Shown piece after piece: positions 38,564 to 47,235 of a stretch of 64,000 bases of DNA (positions are counted from its first letter, which is position 1; each line of letters starts with the position of its first letter). Source of the stretch: Alphaproteobacteria bacterium (lineage in GTDB: Bacteria > Pseudomonadota > Alphaproteobacteria > RF32 > CAG-239); assembly GCA_045603405.1 (NCBI GenBank), contig JAZUMA010000032.1, positions 64,102-128,101 on the forward strand, in the 5' to 3' direction. The notes beneath the pieces were generated by a model that saw only the letters and a program-made list of their open reading frames with translations, did not search any database and was not told where the DNA came from. The translations under genes were made by a program, and so were the position numbers.

Positions 38564-39640
38564 AAAATAAGTTGAAGATAAAGAGTTTGTTTGTTCCATA
38601 AATGGAGATTGCGTTAAACGTATACTGCCATTTTTTGAGAATAGTGTAGCATTTATTCCAATAGGTATTGTGAGTTTATATGTACAATGCCCCAAAGGAA
38701 AACCATAAAATAGATTATCAATGTCGTATTTTTGTTTTATTTGATTAAGAAATTTGAAAATTTCTATTTTTTTCTTAGTATCAGGAATAGGATTGCTTCT
38801 ATCGCATATAGAACTGAAAATGATTGCGGATGCTTCAGAAAGTGGAGATGTTTTATTGATAAGATCCAAATAATGTTCAACATTTTCAAGTGTCGTATCT
38901 ATCGTATCCAAAAAGAGCAATCTGCCTTTTAGGTTTTGCATCAATCCTATTTTTTGCAACAAAACAAGAGAGGGTAAAGAAATAACAGAGATATTGCCGC
39001 AAACAAAATCATTTGAACTTAATGAGATATAATGATTATCCTGACGTTGTTTTTTTAATTTTTCAGTTTTTGCATAAATATTGGGGATTTCTGGACTTAT
39101 TGATCCTTTATCAATAGTCATGGCACGCTCATAGTTGCTCATACCTTCAAAAGAAGTATATATGGTTGAGAGAATACGCCAAAAATTAACAATATTATAC
39201 TGAACTTCCCGTTTTGAAGACCGATCATTTAAAAAATTAAGATGAGGGGCGTGAAATGTAACTATATGAGAATTTTCAGAGATAGCTGTCAATAATGATG
39301 AAATATAACTGTATCCACAAATTATTTTAGGATGCTTATTTATTTTATCGAAATCAAGTTTAGCAAGTATATCATAAATTGCAGGCCCACCACAAATAGG
39401 AAACACAGCTTTAACAGCATCATCACAAAAAGCATCTATTAATGCGTGGCATCTATTTTCAGGAGATTGCCAATTTTCGTTAATAATATTATTTTTAACA
39501 TTTAACCCTAAATGTCTGAGATAATCTATAACATAATATTCCTGATTACGAAAACATTCAGGCAATGGACCAGCCGGATTTACTAAAGCCACTGTATCTC
39601 CTGATACAATTTTATGTGGTATGTATTTAATATTATTCAT
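38549..39640 (-). CDS. divergent S66-family (LD-carboxypeptidase / MccF-like) serine hydrolase
   Basis: It contains GDTVALVNPAGPL at the N-terminus, CGYSYISSLL (the G-Y/F-S-D nucleophile motif with D replaced by Y), LLFLDTID (acid position E replaced by D), and GFPLGHCTYKLTIPIG (the His motif). Its start overlaps the upstream stop by 8 nt. Confidence 0.65.
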   Translation of the reverse strand: MNNIKYIPHKIVSGDTVALVNPAGPLPECFRNQEYYVIDYLRHLGLNVKNNIINENWQSPENRCHALIDAFCDDAVKAVFPICGGPAIYDILAKLDFDKINKHPKIICGYSYISSLLTAISENSHIVTFHAPHLNFLNDRSSKREVQYNIVNFWRILSTIYTSFEGMSNYERAMTIDKGSISPEIPNIYAKTEKLKKQRQDNHYISLSSNDFVCGNISVISLPSLVLLQKIGLMQNLKGRLLFLDTIDTTLENVEHYLDLINKTSPLSEASAIIFSSICDRSNPIPDTKKKIEIFKFLNQIKQKYDIDNLFYGFPLGHCTYKLTIPIGINATLFSKNGSIRLTQSPFMEQTNSLSSTYFSDGR

Positions 39641-40373
39641 TATTTACAATATCCAAAATTTTTTGCATATGTTCGTCATCTACGCCATATTGCTTTCGTG
39701 TATCAGCGAAGAAATTATTTTCTATAAAGTTATTATCATCTTTTATAAATTGTGATATTTTAATTAGAGATGACTTAGTATTTTGTTTATACTCACGCAT
39801 TTTAGCATACACACAGTTTCTCAAAAAGACAGTTTCCGAACAAGACAGTGATGAAAATTTACTCTTATCTAATTCAACAGCTAACTCTTCGCGTATTTTT
39901 TTCATTATTTGAAGATAAGAAATATTAGCAGATTTAATATCTCCGTTATCAATGTGTAGCAAAAGTTCATTGAAATTAATATCATTTAAAATTTTATATC
40001 CGAAAGAAATAGAAACATCAGGAGCATCAATTATACAATCCTTTTTTATTATAGAGTTAATATCGTTTTTTATAAAAGAAAAAAAATTATGAACCATATC
40101 ATCATCAGAACAGACACCTATTGCAAAAATTTCTTCGCCAGAAGGAATAAAGGCAAAATCAGTTATAGATGTATACTGGTCAATATAGTGTTTAATAGTA
40201 GCTCCAATTATTCTGTTATATATATCAACCAAGTTTTCAGCCATTGGTCTACCTCGTTGAGATACAAATATACCAAGATTGTCAATATCACCGGTAATGG
40301 CAAAAATTGAATTTTTTGAAGAATCATATTTTTGTATAACTTGAACTATTTTTTTACTCCAAATTCTAATCAT
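39633..40373 (-). CDS. stand-alone GGDEF/Cas10-palm-like nucleotide cyclase (mCpol-like), no sensor domain
   Basis: IFAITGDIDNLGIFVSQRGRPMAENLV aligns by eye to the GGDEF segment D-I-D-x-F-K..G-H..G-D..L and to Cas10 GDISGIQxFI. FIPSGEEIFAIG aligns to GGDEF/GGEEF, and VSISFGY to the following beta strand. An AAGGAG SD is present, and about 100 aa of helical C-terminal tail follows. Confidence 0.55.
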   Translation of the reverse strand: MIRIWSKKIVQVIQKYDSSKNSIFAITGDIDNLGIFVSQRGRPMAENLVDIYNRIIGATIKHYIDQYTSITDFAFIPSGEEIFAIGVCSDDDMVHNFFSFIKNDINSIIKKDCIIDAPDVSISFGYKILNDINFNELLLHIDNGDIKSANISYLQIMKKIREELAVELDKSKFSSLSCSETVFLRNCVYAKMREYKQNTKSSLIKISQFIKDDNNFIENNFFADTRKQYGVDDEHMQKILDIVNNE

Positions 40374-40398
40374 ATAATCTCCTTACAGATATTAAAAA

Positions 40399-40497
40399 TT
40401 ATATAATTAAGAATATAGAAAAGAACAAAAAAAGCAAGAATAAAATACCATTGGCGGTTTCATAAGAATAACCTCCATACTTCTGGCTAGATTTCAT
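40399..40497 (-). CDS. possible 32-aa single-TM micropeptide ORF upstream of the cyclase gene (speculative)
   Basis: Own translation: MKSSQKYGGYSYETANGILFLLFLFFSIFLII*. Its stop lies 25 nt before the cyclase ATG. Its own SD is poorly spaced (about 14 nt). Confidence 0.15.
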   Translation of the reverse strand: MKSSQKYGGYSYETANGILFLLFLFFSIFLII

Positions 40498-40553
40498 GGG
40501 TAGTGAACCAACTCCTTCGTTGCTTCAAGCTATTCTCTATAACCAATAAAAAA

Positions 40554-40577
40554 CCACCCGCAAGGGGTGGTCTTTTT
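40554..40577. repeat. 103-nt direct repeat, copy B, left part (before the IS insertion)
   Basis: ccacccgcaaggggtggtcttttt is identical to 37360-37383. Confidence 0.9.
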
Positions 40578-41272
40578 GTATCCTGAAAACCCCGCGTTAG
40601 ACGCGGGGTTCAGTAAAGCTTATAGCGGTGAAGTTGTCAATGCGCTCCAATTAGGTTAAAATTTTGCGGTCTGCCAAGACGCAAAATACCTAATTGGAGG
40701 TCAATTATGAAAACTGACATAGATAGATTAGCACATACAACATGGAATTGTAAATACCATATTGTATTCGCACCAAAGTATCGTCGTAAAGTGTTTTACG
40801 GTGGTAAACGCAATGAAATAGTAAAAATATTAAAAGAACTATGCCGTTGGAAAGGTGTAGAAATATTGGAAGGAGAAGCTTGTCCAGACCACATACACAT
40901 ATTAGTAAAGATACCACCCAAAATGAGTATTTCAGGATTTATGGGATTCTTAAAAGGAAAGAGTAGTCTCATGATATATGAAAAATGGAGCAACATAAAA
41001 TACCAATACCGAAACAGAGAATTTTGGTGTAAGGGGTACTATGTTGATACGACAGGTAAGAATACCGAAAAAATCATGGAATATATCAGAAATCAGCTTA
41101 AGGAAGATCAAATCGCCGAACAGCTGACAATGGATTTGAACGACCCGTTTACGGGTAAGTAGTAACAGATTGCGTCTGGCAGACGCTAAGCAACCCCGTT
41201 CAGGGGTTGCCAGTGGTAAAGGCTTATAGCCGCATATGAAGAACCCCGCGTTTTACGCGGGGGTTTCTTTTT
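40578..41272 (+). mobile_element. IS200/IS605-family insertion sequence (tnpA only), 695 bp
   Basis: The boundaries come from comparison with the uninterrupted repeat copy at 37383/37384. Subterminal hairpins are aaccccgcg-ttaga-cgcggggtt (40588-40610) and aaccccgcg-tttta-cgcgggggtt (41242-41265). Both the left flank and the IS right end read TCTTTTT. Confidence 0.9.
40707..41162 (+). CDS. tnpA: IS200/IS605 Y1 (HUH) transposase TnpA
   Basis: 151 aa, containing WNCKYHIVFAPKYRRK, PDHIHILV (the HUH motif), and FWCKGYYV (the catalytic Tyr region). Confidence 0.95.
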   Translation: MKTDIDRLAHTTWNCKYHIVFAPKYRRKVFYGGKRNEIVKILKELCRWKGVEILEGEACPDHIHILVKIPPKMSISGFMGFLKGKSSLMIYEKWSNIKYQYRNREFWCKGYYVDTTGKNTEKIMEYIRNQLKEDQIAEQLTMDLNDPFTGK

Positions 41273-41343
41273 AATTTTCGCTCGCATACCCATACCACAA
41301 GGGAAAACCTAAATAAAAGTAATGGGCGTCGAGCCGCCTCGAC

Positions 41344-41351
<8 letters not shown>
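41273..41351. repeat. 103-nt direct repeat, copy B, right part (abuts and enters tRNA-fMet)
   Basis: It is identical to 37384-37462 except C/T at one position. Its last 8 nt are the tRNA-fMet 3' end. Confidence 0.9.
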
Positions 41352-41420
<69 letters not shown>

Positions 41421-41450
41421 ATAAATAACGTTGTAACAAACAACACGCCA

Positions 41451-41479
41451 TATATAAACACGAAAAAAATAATTGTCAA
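41451..41479 (-). promoter_or_regulatory. putative tRNA-fMet promoter
   Basis: On the minus strand: TTGACA, a 17-nt spacer, then TATATA, about 30 nt upstream of the tRNA 5' end. Confidence 0.55.
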
Positions 41480-41558
41480 TAATATTTTTTAAGCTTTTGC
41501 ATAAAAATTTTTTCCATGTTAAACTCACGACATTACTAAAAACACAAAGGAAAACAAT

Positions 41559-42440
41559 ATGACAGACAGCTGTGAAAAAGAGCAACTGAAGATGCATAAT
41601 AATCCGGAGCGAAAATTAGGGATTGTTGCCGGTGGTGGAGAGTTGCCGCATCAAGTCATTGAGTGGTGCCGTCAATATAAACGCGCATACTTTACCCTGG
41701 CTATCAAAGGAAATGCTGATGAAAAATATTTTACTAAAGAGATTCCTCATGAATGGATAAGAATAGGACAAGCCGGTACCGGTTTTAAAAGGATGAAAGA
41801 AGAAGGTGTCAAAGATATTGTTTTAATTGGCACAATCAAGCGTCCTACTCTGGCAGAATTAGTTCCTGATCTACGCACGACGGCTTTTTTTGCCAAAATA
41901 GGTGCTAAATCATTAGGCGATGACGGAATATTGCGCGCATTAGTAAAAGAGATTGAACAAGAAGGGATGAAGGTTGTCGGTATCCAGGAAGTCGTGCCTG
42001 ATTTATTGGTAAAAGAAGGTGTTCTAACTAAAAAATCTCCAAACAATGAAGATGAAGAAGATATTAGAAGAGGTATTGAGGTAGCATCTGTGTTAGGTCG
42101 TTTAGATGTCGGACAATCCGTAATTGTACAACAGGGGCTTGTGCTAGGGTTGGAAGGAATTGAAGGTACAGACAAATTAATTTTACGCTGTGCAGATTAT
42201 AAACGTAAAGGCAAAGAACCGATTTTGGTAAAATTGCGCAAGCCTCAGCAAGATTTCAGAATAGATTTGCCGACGATTGGTATTAATACAATAGAAAATG
42301 CACATAAAAGCGGTTTGAAAGGAATTGCTGTTCACGCCGGTAACACCCTGATTGTCAATGAAAAAGAAGTAATCAAATTAGCTGATAAATACGGCATTTT
42401 TATTGAGGGAATTATTCCATCGGAGTATAGTTCATGTTGA
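41559..42440 (+). CDS. lpxI: UDP-2,3-diacylglucosamine pyrophosphatase LpxI (DUF1009)
   Basis: It contains LGIVAGGGELP, DIVLIGTIKRP, and GQSVIVQQGLVLGLEGIEGTD. It lies directly upstream of, and overlaps, lpxB. Confidence 0.8.
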   Translation: MTDSCEKEQLKMHNNPERKLGIVAGGGELPHQVIEWCRQYKRAYFTLAIKGNADEKYFTKEIPHEWIRIGQAGTGFKRMKEEGVKDIVLIGTIKRPTLAELVPDLRTTAFFAKIGAKSLGDDGILRALVKEIEQEGMKVVGIQEVVPDLLVKEGVLTKKSPNNEDEEDIRRGIEVASVLGRLDVGQSVIVQQGLVLGLEGIEGTDKLILRCADYKRKGKEPILVKLRKPQQDFRIDLPTIGINTIENAHKSGLKGIAVHAGNTLIVNEKEVIKLADKYGIFIEGIIPSEYSSC

Positions 42441-43594
42441 TATATCTAATTGCCGGAGAACCTTCAGGAGATATGCTGGGAGCACGTCTAATGCGTGCTT
42501 TGAAAGAAAAACTGCCAAATATCAAATTTGCCGGTGTCGGTGGTGATAATATGGAAAAAGAAGGCATGGTCTCACTATTTGATATCTCTGACTTGGCAAT
42601 AATGGGGATAGTAGAAGTTATTCCGAGTATTCCGAAAGTTTTACGCCGAATAAGAGAAACAGTAGCTGATATAAAAGAAAAACAACCGGATGTCGTGATA
42701 ACCATAGATAGTTGGAGTTTCTCTGCTCGTGTACACAAAGCTTTACGCAAAAAAGGAATTAAAATTCTGCAGATGCATTATGTTGCTCCACAGGTTTGGG
42801 CCTGGAAAAAAGGTAGAGCCAAAACAATGTATAAATACATAGATCACCTATTGACTTTATTTCCAAATGAACCGGCTTATTTTACTCCATATCATCTACC
42901 ATCAGACTTTGTTGGACATCCTGTTATCGAGAGCTCAATGATAACGGCGGATAAAACAGAATTCATTATAAAATATAAAATACCGGCAGATAAAAAAGTT
43001 GTTTTAATATTGCCGGGGTCTCGTCATAATGAAGTTGCAAATCTCCTGCCGATATTTTTAGACGTTATTGCTGAACTAAAAAAAGAAAATACGAAATTAT
43101 TTTTTGTTTTACCAACAGTTAAAACTGTTGAAAAACGTGTGCGTCAAATAGTTAAAGAAAAAGGTTTAGATATTTTAATAATTAACACTCAAAGTGAGCG
43201 CTATGCGGCAGCACGAGCTTCTATAGCAGCTATTGCAGCTTCCGGAACAGTTGCTTTGGAATTAGCTGTTGTTAATGTTCCGCATTTAGTGGCTTATAAA
43301 GTACCAGCATTAACGGCGTGGTTAGCTAGGCTTTTTACCAATATAAAATATGTAAATTTAACTAATATATTATTAGATAAGCCCATAGTACCGGAACTAT
43401 TGCAAGAAAATTGTGTTAAAGAAAAAATTATGAGAACAACAAAAGAATTACTTGATACAAATTCTCATCTTTATCAAACAGAGCAACAAGGATTCAATGA
43501 ACTAAGAGCAAAGCTTGGTATGGGAAAAGAAAAACCGAGTATGCTAGCGGCAGAAATTATTATACAATCCATAGAAGGGTATAAACAAAAGTGA
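42434..43594 (+). CDS. lpxB: lipid-A-disaccharide synthase
   Basis: It begins MLIYLIAGEPSGD and contains LPGSR.., ASGTVALELA. Confidence 0.9.
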   Translation: MLIYLIAGEPSGDMLGARLMRALKEKLPNIKFAGVGGDNMEKEGMVSLFDISDLAIMGIVEVIPSIPKVLRRIRETVADIKEKQPDVVITIDSWSFSARVHKALRKKGIKILQMHYVAPQVWAWKKGRAKTMYKYIDHLLTLFPNEPAYFTPYHLPSDFVGHPVIESSMITADKTEFIIKYKIPADKKVVLILPGSRHNEVANLLPIFLDVIAELKKENTKLFFVLPTVKTVEKRVRQIVKEKGLDILIINTQSERYAAARASIAAIAASGTVALELAVVNVPHLVAYKVPALTAWLARLFTNIKYVNLTNILLDKPIVPELLQENCVKEKIMRTTKELLDTNSHLYQTEQQGFNELRAKLGMGKEKPSMLAAEIIIQSIEGYKQK

Positions 43595-45549
43595 TCTGGT
43601 GGTTAAAGAAACAATTCTTACGGATAAAATTATACGCTGCAGAAAATTATCAAAATGAGGCAGAAAGTTTAATCATGTGGTATGCAGTATGTTATGCTTT
43701 AGGTGCGGCTTTATATTTATCCTTACCATTTGAAATATCAGCAATAGCAACAGTCATCTTTCTTGAAATAGCGCTATTAATGCTATATTTGACAAGAAAA
43801 AAAGAAAATCTATTCAAACTGTTAACATATATAACTATTTTTATTTTAGGACTTAACGTGGCTAAAGCAGATGCTTCGTATCAGCAATTTAAAATAGAGA
43901 AAAATATACCTGAAATTAGTTATTTACACGGTCATATAGAAGATCTTGATTATAATTCTGCCGGTAAAACCCGTATAACATTAAATCAGGTTGATGATTT
44001 TGAACATAGTATGAAAGGAAAATTTCGTATTAGTACAAAACAAAAATTGCCTTGGCTGCAAAAAGGAAAATGTATAGAACTGATAGCACAATTTCCGCAG
44101 AATTTAAGTACAAATCCTATAGGTAATTATAATTATGAACGAGCACTTTTTTATCAAGGAATAAGCGCCGGTGGATATGCTATTAGTCCTATTTTTGCAT
44201 CTGTATGTGAAAAAAAATCTTCAGGATTTATGCAAAAAATAGAAAAATGGCGTGAAACGATATCGAAAAAAATAATATCCACAACCAAATCGGAACAATC
44301 AGGTATAATTGAAGCATTAACTATCGGCAATAAAAGTCACATATCATCGGATATAACACAAAATTATCGCACATCTGGATTGGCACACGTTTTAGCTATA
44401 TCCGGTATGCACATGGGAATTATCTTATTATTGGTATTTTTTATAATCAGGTTACTGTTAGCACCGATCAGTGCTGGGCAATACGATACACGAAAACCGG
44501 CAGCAATAGTGTCTATGTTTTTCGGATTAGGCTATTTTTTAATATCAGGTCAAAGTATTTCTTGTTTGCGTGCTTTTATTATGACATTAATTATTCTATT
44601 GTCAGTTTGTTTAAATCGACGTGCAATTTCCATTCGTTTATGGGCTTTTGCTCTATTCATAGTTGTTAGTATCAATCCTTCTTCAGTTATAACACCTGGT
44701 TTTTTGATGTCTTTTGGTGCTGTATTAGGACTTATATCTTTTTATGAAGCAAAAGCCGAAAAAATAAAATTATGGTATGAAAAACAAACCATTTATGGAA
44801 AAATTGGTACATATTTTCTGGGAGTGATCATCACAGATACCATCGCTAGTTTGATGACTTTGCCGTATAGTTTATACTACTTTCATCAAGTATCCGTCTA
44901 TACGACATTAGGTAATCTCTTAGCTGCACCGATAATTGCTTTTTGGTTAATGCCGATGGTGTTATTGTTTTTAGTCAGTTTACCGCTTGGCCTTGCAGAC
45001 TATACAATCAGACCATTAGCATCATCTGTAGATGTATTAAACAAAATAACCGCATATGTATCATCATTAGCTGGTGCCCATAGTGGCGAAAATCTGGCAC
45101 AAATGCCTGATTTCGGAATTTTAATAATAACTATGGGACTGTTATGGTTATGCATATGGCAACAGAAATGGCGCTATTGGGGATTTGCTTTAATCGTCAG
45201 CGGTTTTATAAGTTTTTATTTTAGCCCTAAGGTTGATTTCATTTTTGATAAAGGCGGTAAAACTTTTGCCTGTCGAGGCGATGATGGTAGATTATATCCA
45301 ACACCATGGATACATAATAAGTTTTTAAATCATCAGTGGACTAAGCAAGATAAGTTTGATAAAAACAAAACAACAGAGAGTTTGATTTGCACAAAGCAGC
45401 AATGCATCTGCCAAAAACGTATAAAATTCACAAAAGGAAGAGTTTTATTAGACAATAAAACCATTACTTTGAAAGAAAGCGGTTTTATTGATTTAAACAG
45501 GGGAGTTGTTTATTCGCCCAAAAAAGCAAAACGCATATGGAATTACTAG
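43591..45549 (+). CDS. comEC: ComEC/Rec2-family competence membrane protein (no C-terminal MBL domain)
   Basis: Its GTG start overlaps the lpxB stop (GTGA). It is polytopic, with the core motif SGLAHVLAISGMHMG. Confidence 0.8.
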   Translation: MIWWLKKQFLRIKLYAAENYQNEAESLIMWYAVCYALGAALYLSLPFEISAIATVIFLEIALLMLYLTRKKENLFKLLTYITIFILGLNVAKADASYQQFKIEKNIPEISYLHGHIEDLDYNSAGKTRITLNQVDDFEHSMKGKFRISTKQKLPWLQKGKCIELIAQFPQNLSTNPIGNYNYERALFYQGISAGGYAISPIFASVCEKKSSGFMQKIEKWRETISKKIISTTKSEQSGIIEALTIGNKSHISSDITQNYRTSGLAHVLAISGMHMGIILLLVFFIIRLLLAPISAGQYDTRKPAAIVSMFFGLGYFLISGQSISCLRAFIMTLIILLSVCLNRRAISIRLWAFALFIVVSINPSSVITPGFLMSFGAVLGLISFYEAKAEKIKLWYEKQTIYGKIGTYFLGVIITDTIASLMTLPYSLYYFHQVSVYTTLGNLLAAPIIAFWLMPMVLLFLVSLPLGLADYTIRPLASSVDVLNKITAYVSSLAGAHSGENLAQMPDFGILIITMGLLWLCIWQQKWRYWGFALIVSGFISFYFSPKVDFIFDKGGKTFACRGDDGRLYPTPWIHNKFLNHQWTKQDKFDKNKTTESLICTKQQCICQKRIKFTKGRVLLDNKTITLKESGFIDLNRGVVYSPKKAKRIWNY

Positions 45550-45567
45550 GGCTTATTGATATGATAT

Positions 45568-46404
45568 TTATTTTTTAGATTTTAATTTACCAGTAATATT
45601 TTTCAGAGAATTCTCAACAGCTTTGTTAATATCTTCTTGCTTTACTTCTTTACCATTCCAAGATTTAATTGTCTGTTTCATAATGTCCTGTGCCGCTTTA
45701 ATTTGTTCATCTTTTAAGCCGGCCTTGCGACCGTTTTGTTCAATCTTTTCCATAATAGCATCATTCGTTGCTTTATATTCTGCCTGTTTGCTCCAATTAT
45801 CAAAATCAATATAAGCAATTACCAATAAAATAGCAAAAAAGACTAAAGATAAAAAACGAAATTTATGAATTATTCTAACATTATCTTGACCATAAGTTTC
45901 ATCTTCTTTATTTGCCTCACCATAGATATTACTTTCCTTAACTGTTTCTTTTGATAACAAATGAACTAATAAAGCAATCCACAATAGAACAAAGAATAAA
46001 GACCAATAACCTATGAAAAAAGCTGAAAAAGGTAATACAAGAAAAATTCCAAGATAGAGCAGGGCATTTTTGTTAATATCATGCAATCGTCTTACTATAA
46101 CGGCAATTGCCGGAATTAATGAAGCAAACATATAATACAAAGCGAGCGGAATACCAACATAACGACCTAAAGCAACCAATAATAATAAAATAACACCGAA
46201 AGCAGTATAAAACCCCCAGAACTCTAACCTTGTTGCCCGTCCGCGAAAAAGTAAATAGCGTTCTGTGATACCACGAATATAGTAATCAAAAGCATCCCCC
46301 CACGCAGATTTCATATTTCTTTTATCAATTGCATTTTTTTTAATTTGTATTGGCTGTTCTTTAACATCTTTCTCTGCCAAAATATCTTTATCTTTAATCA
46401 GCAT
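45568..46404 (-). CDS. DUF805-family membrane protein (second paralogue)
   Basis: It contains RATRLEFWGFY and RRLHDINKNALLYLG. Its start overlaps the upstream stop (TAATG). Confidence 0.7.
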   Translation of the reverse strand: MLIKDKDILAEKDVKEQPIQIKKNAIDKRNMKSAWGDAFDYYIRGITERYLLFRGRATRLEFWGFYTAFGVILLLLVALGRYVGIPLALYYMFASLIPAIAVIVRRLHDINKNALLYLGIFLVLPFSAFFIGYWSLFFVLLWIALLVHLLSKETVKESNIYGEANKEDETYGQDNVRIIHKFRFLSLVFFAILLVIAYIDFDNWSKQAEYKATNDAIMEKIEQNGRKAGLKDEQIKAAQDIMKQTIKSWNGKEVKQEDINKAVENSLKNITGKLKSKK

Positions 46405-47228
46405 TACTTTTTCTCCTTAGATGTCTCAGATTTTGTATCACCATCATTTGTATCTTTTTTAGATGTTTTCGCATCAGCAAGCAAAATTTCCTTTTGTTCC
46501 GGTTCTGACTTCTTTTTCTTTTCAGTTTTACCATGCGTAACGGAACTGTAAAAGAAATCATACATCTTAAAATAAACAATAGAGTAAAAAACCAATAAGA
46601 TAGTCCTTATCAATTCTACAAAAATCGGACTGATATACTTTAAAGGGAACAATGCAAGAACTAAAATCAAAAAAGAAATAAAAATAATTGCACCGATTTG
46701 TATAATATTTCCTTTTGTTTTTACATAAGTCATCAATAAAGAACGATTTTTTCCGCTAATTTCAGAAACAAAAGCAAAAGAAGGAATAACAAAAAAGACA
46801 ATAACCAATATAAACATTAACAGATACTTGATAATCTGCCAGGTCGCACTTTTTATAATTAAACCTACAACCAGTTTACCGCCAAAAAGAAAATCAGAAA
46901 TAAACCCAAAACCAAAATTAATCAAATAACTGCTTAATGAAAGAATAGCAACAAAAAGTAAAACCGCTGTAAAAAAGCGAACAGTTGCTACAAAAAATAT
47001 ATGTATATCCCACAAAATTTTCTGCTTATAATAACAACCGGCTGCAAAATATAAGAAAAGATAATAATAAGGAATCATTAATATCTTGAAAGAAGTAGTT
47101 CCTATAAACATCGGCATAAGACTGCCTAAAAAATAGAAAACTGTTAAGAAAGTAAAAGCACCTAAATGCGTAACAACATAATGCAATGCATCAATATAAA
47201 CTTTTTTAACAGACAATTTTTCTTGCAT
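46404..47228 (-). CDS. hypothetical polytopic membrane protein with a Lys-rich C-terminal tail
   Basis: It has six or more hydrophobic helices and no recognised family. It lies in a minus-strand operon with accB-accC. Confidence 0.45.
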   Translation of the reverse strand: MQEKLSVKKVYIDALHYVVTHLGAFTFLTVFYFLGSLMPMFIGTTSFKILMIPYYYLFLYFAAGCYYKQKILWDIHIFFVATVRFFTAVLLFVAILSLSSYLINFGFGFISDFLFGGKLVVGLIIKSATWQIIKYLLMFILVIVFFVIPSFAFVSEISGKNRSLLMTYVKTKGNIIQIGAIIFISFLILVLALFPLKYISPIFVELIRTILLVFYSIVYFKMYDFFYSSVTHGKTEKKKKSEPEQKEILLADAKTSKKDTNDGDTKSETSKEKK

Positions 47229-47235
47229 AACAAAC

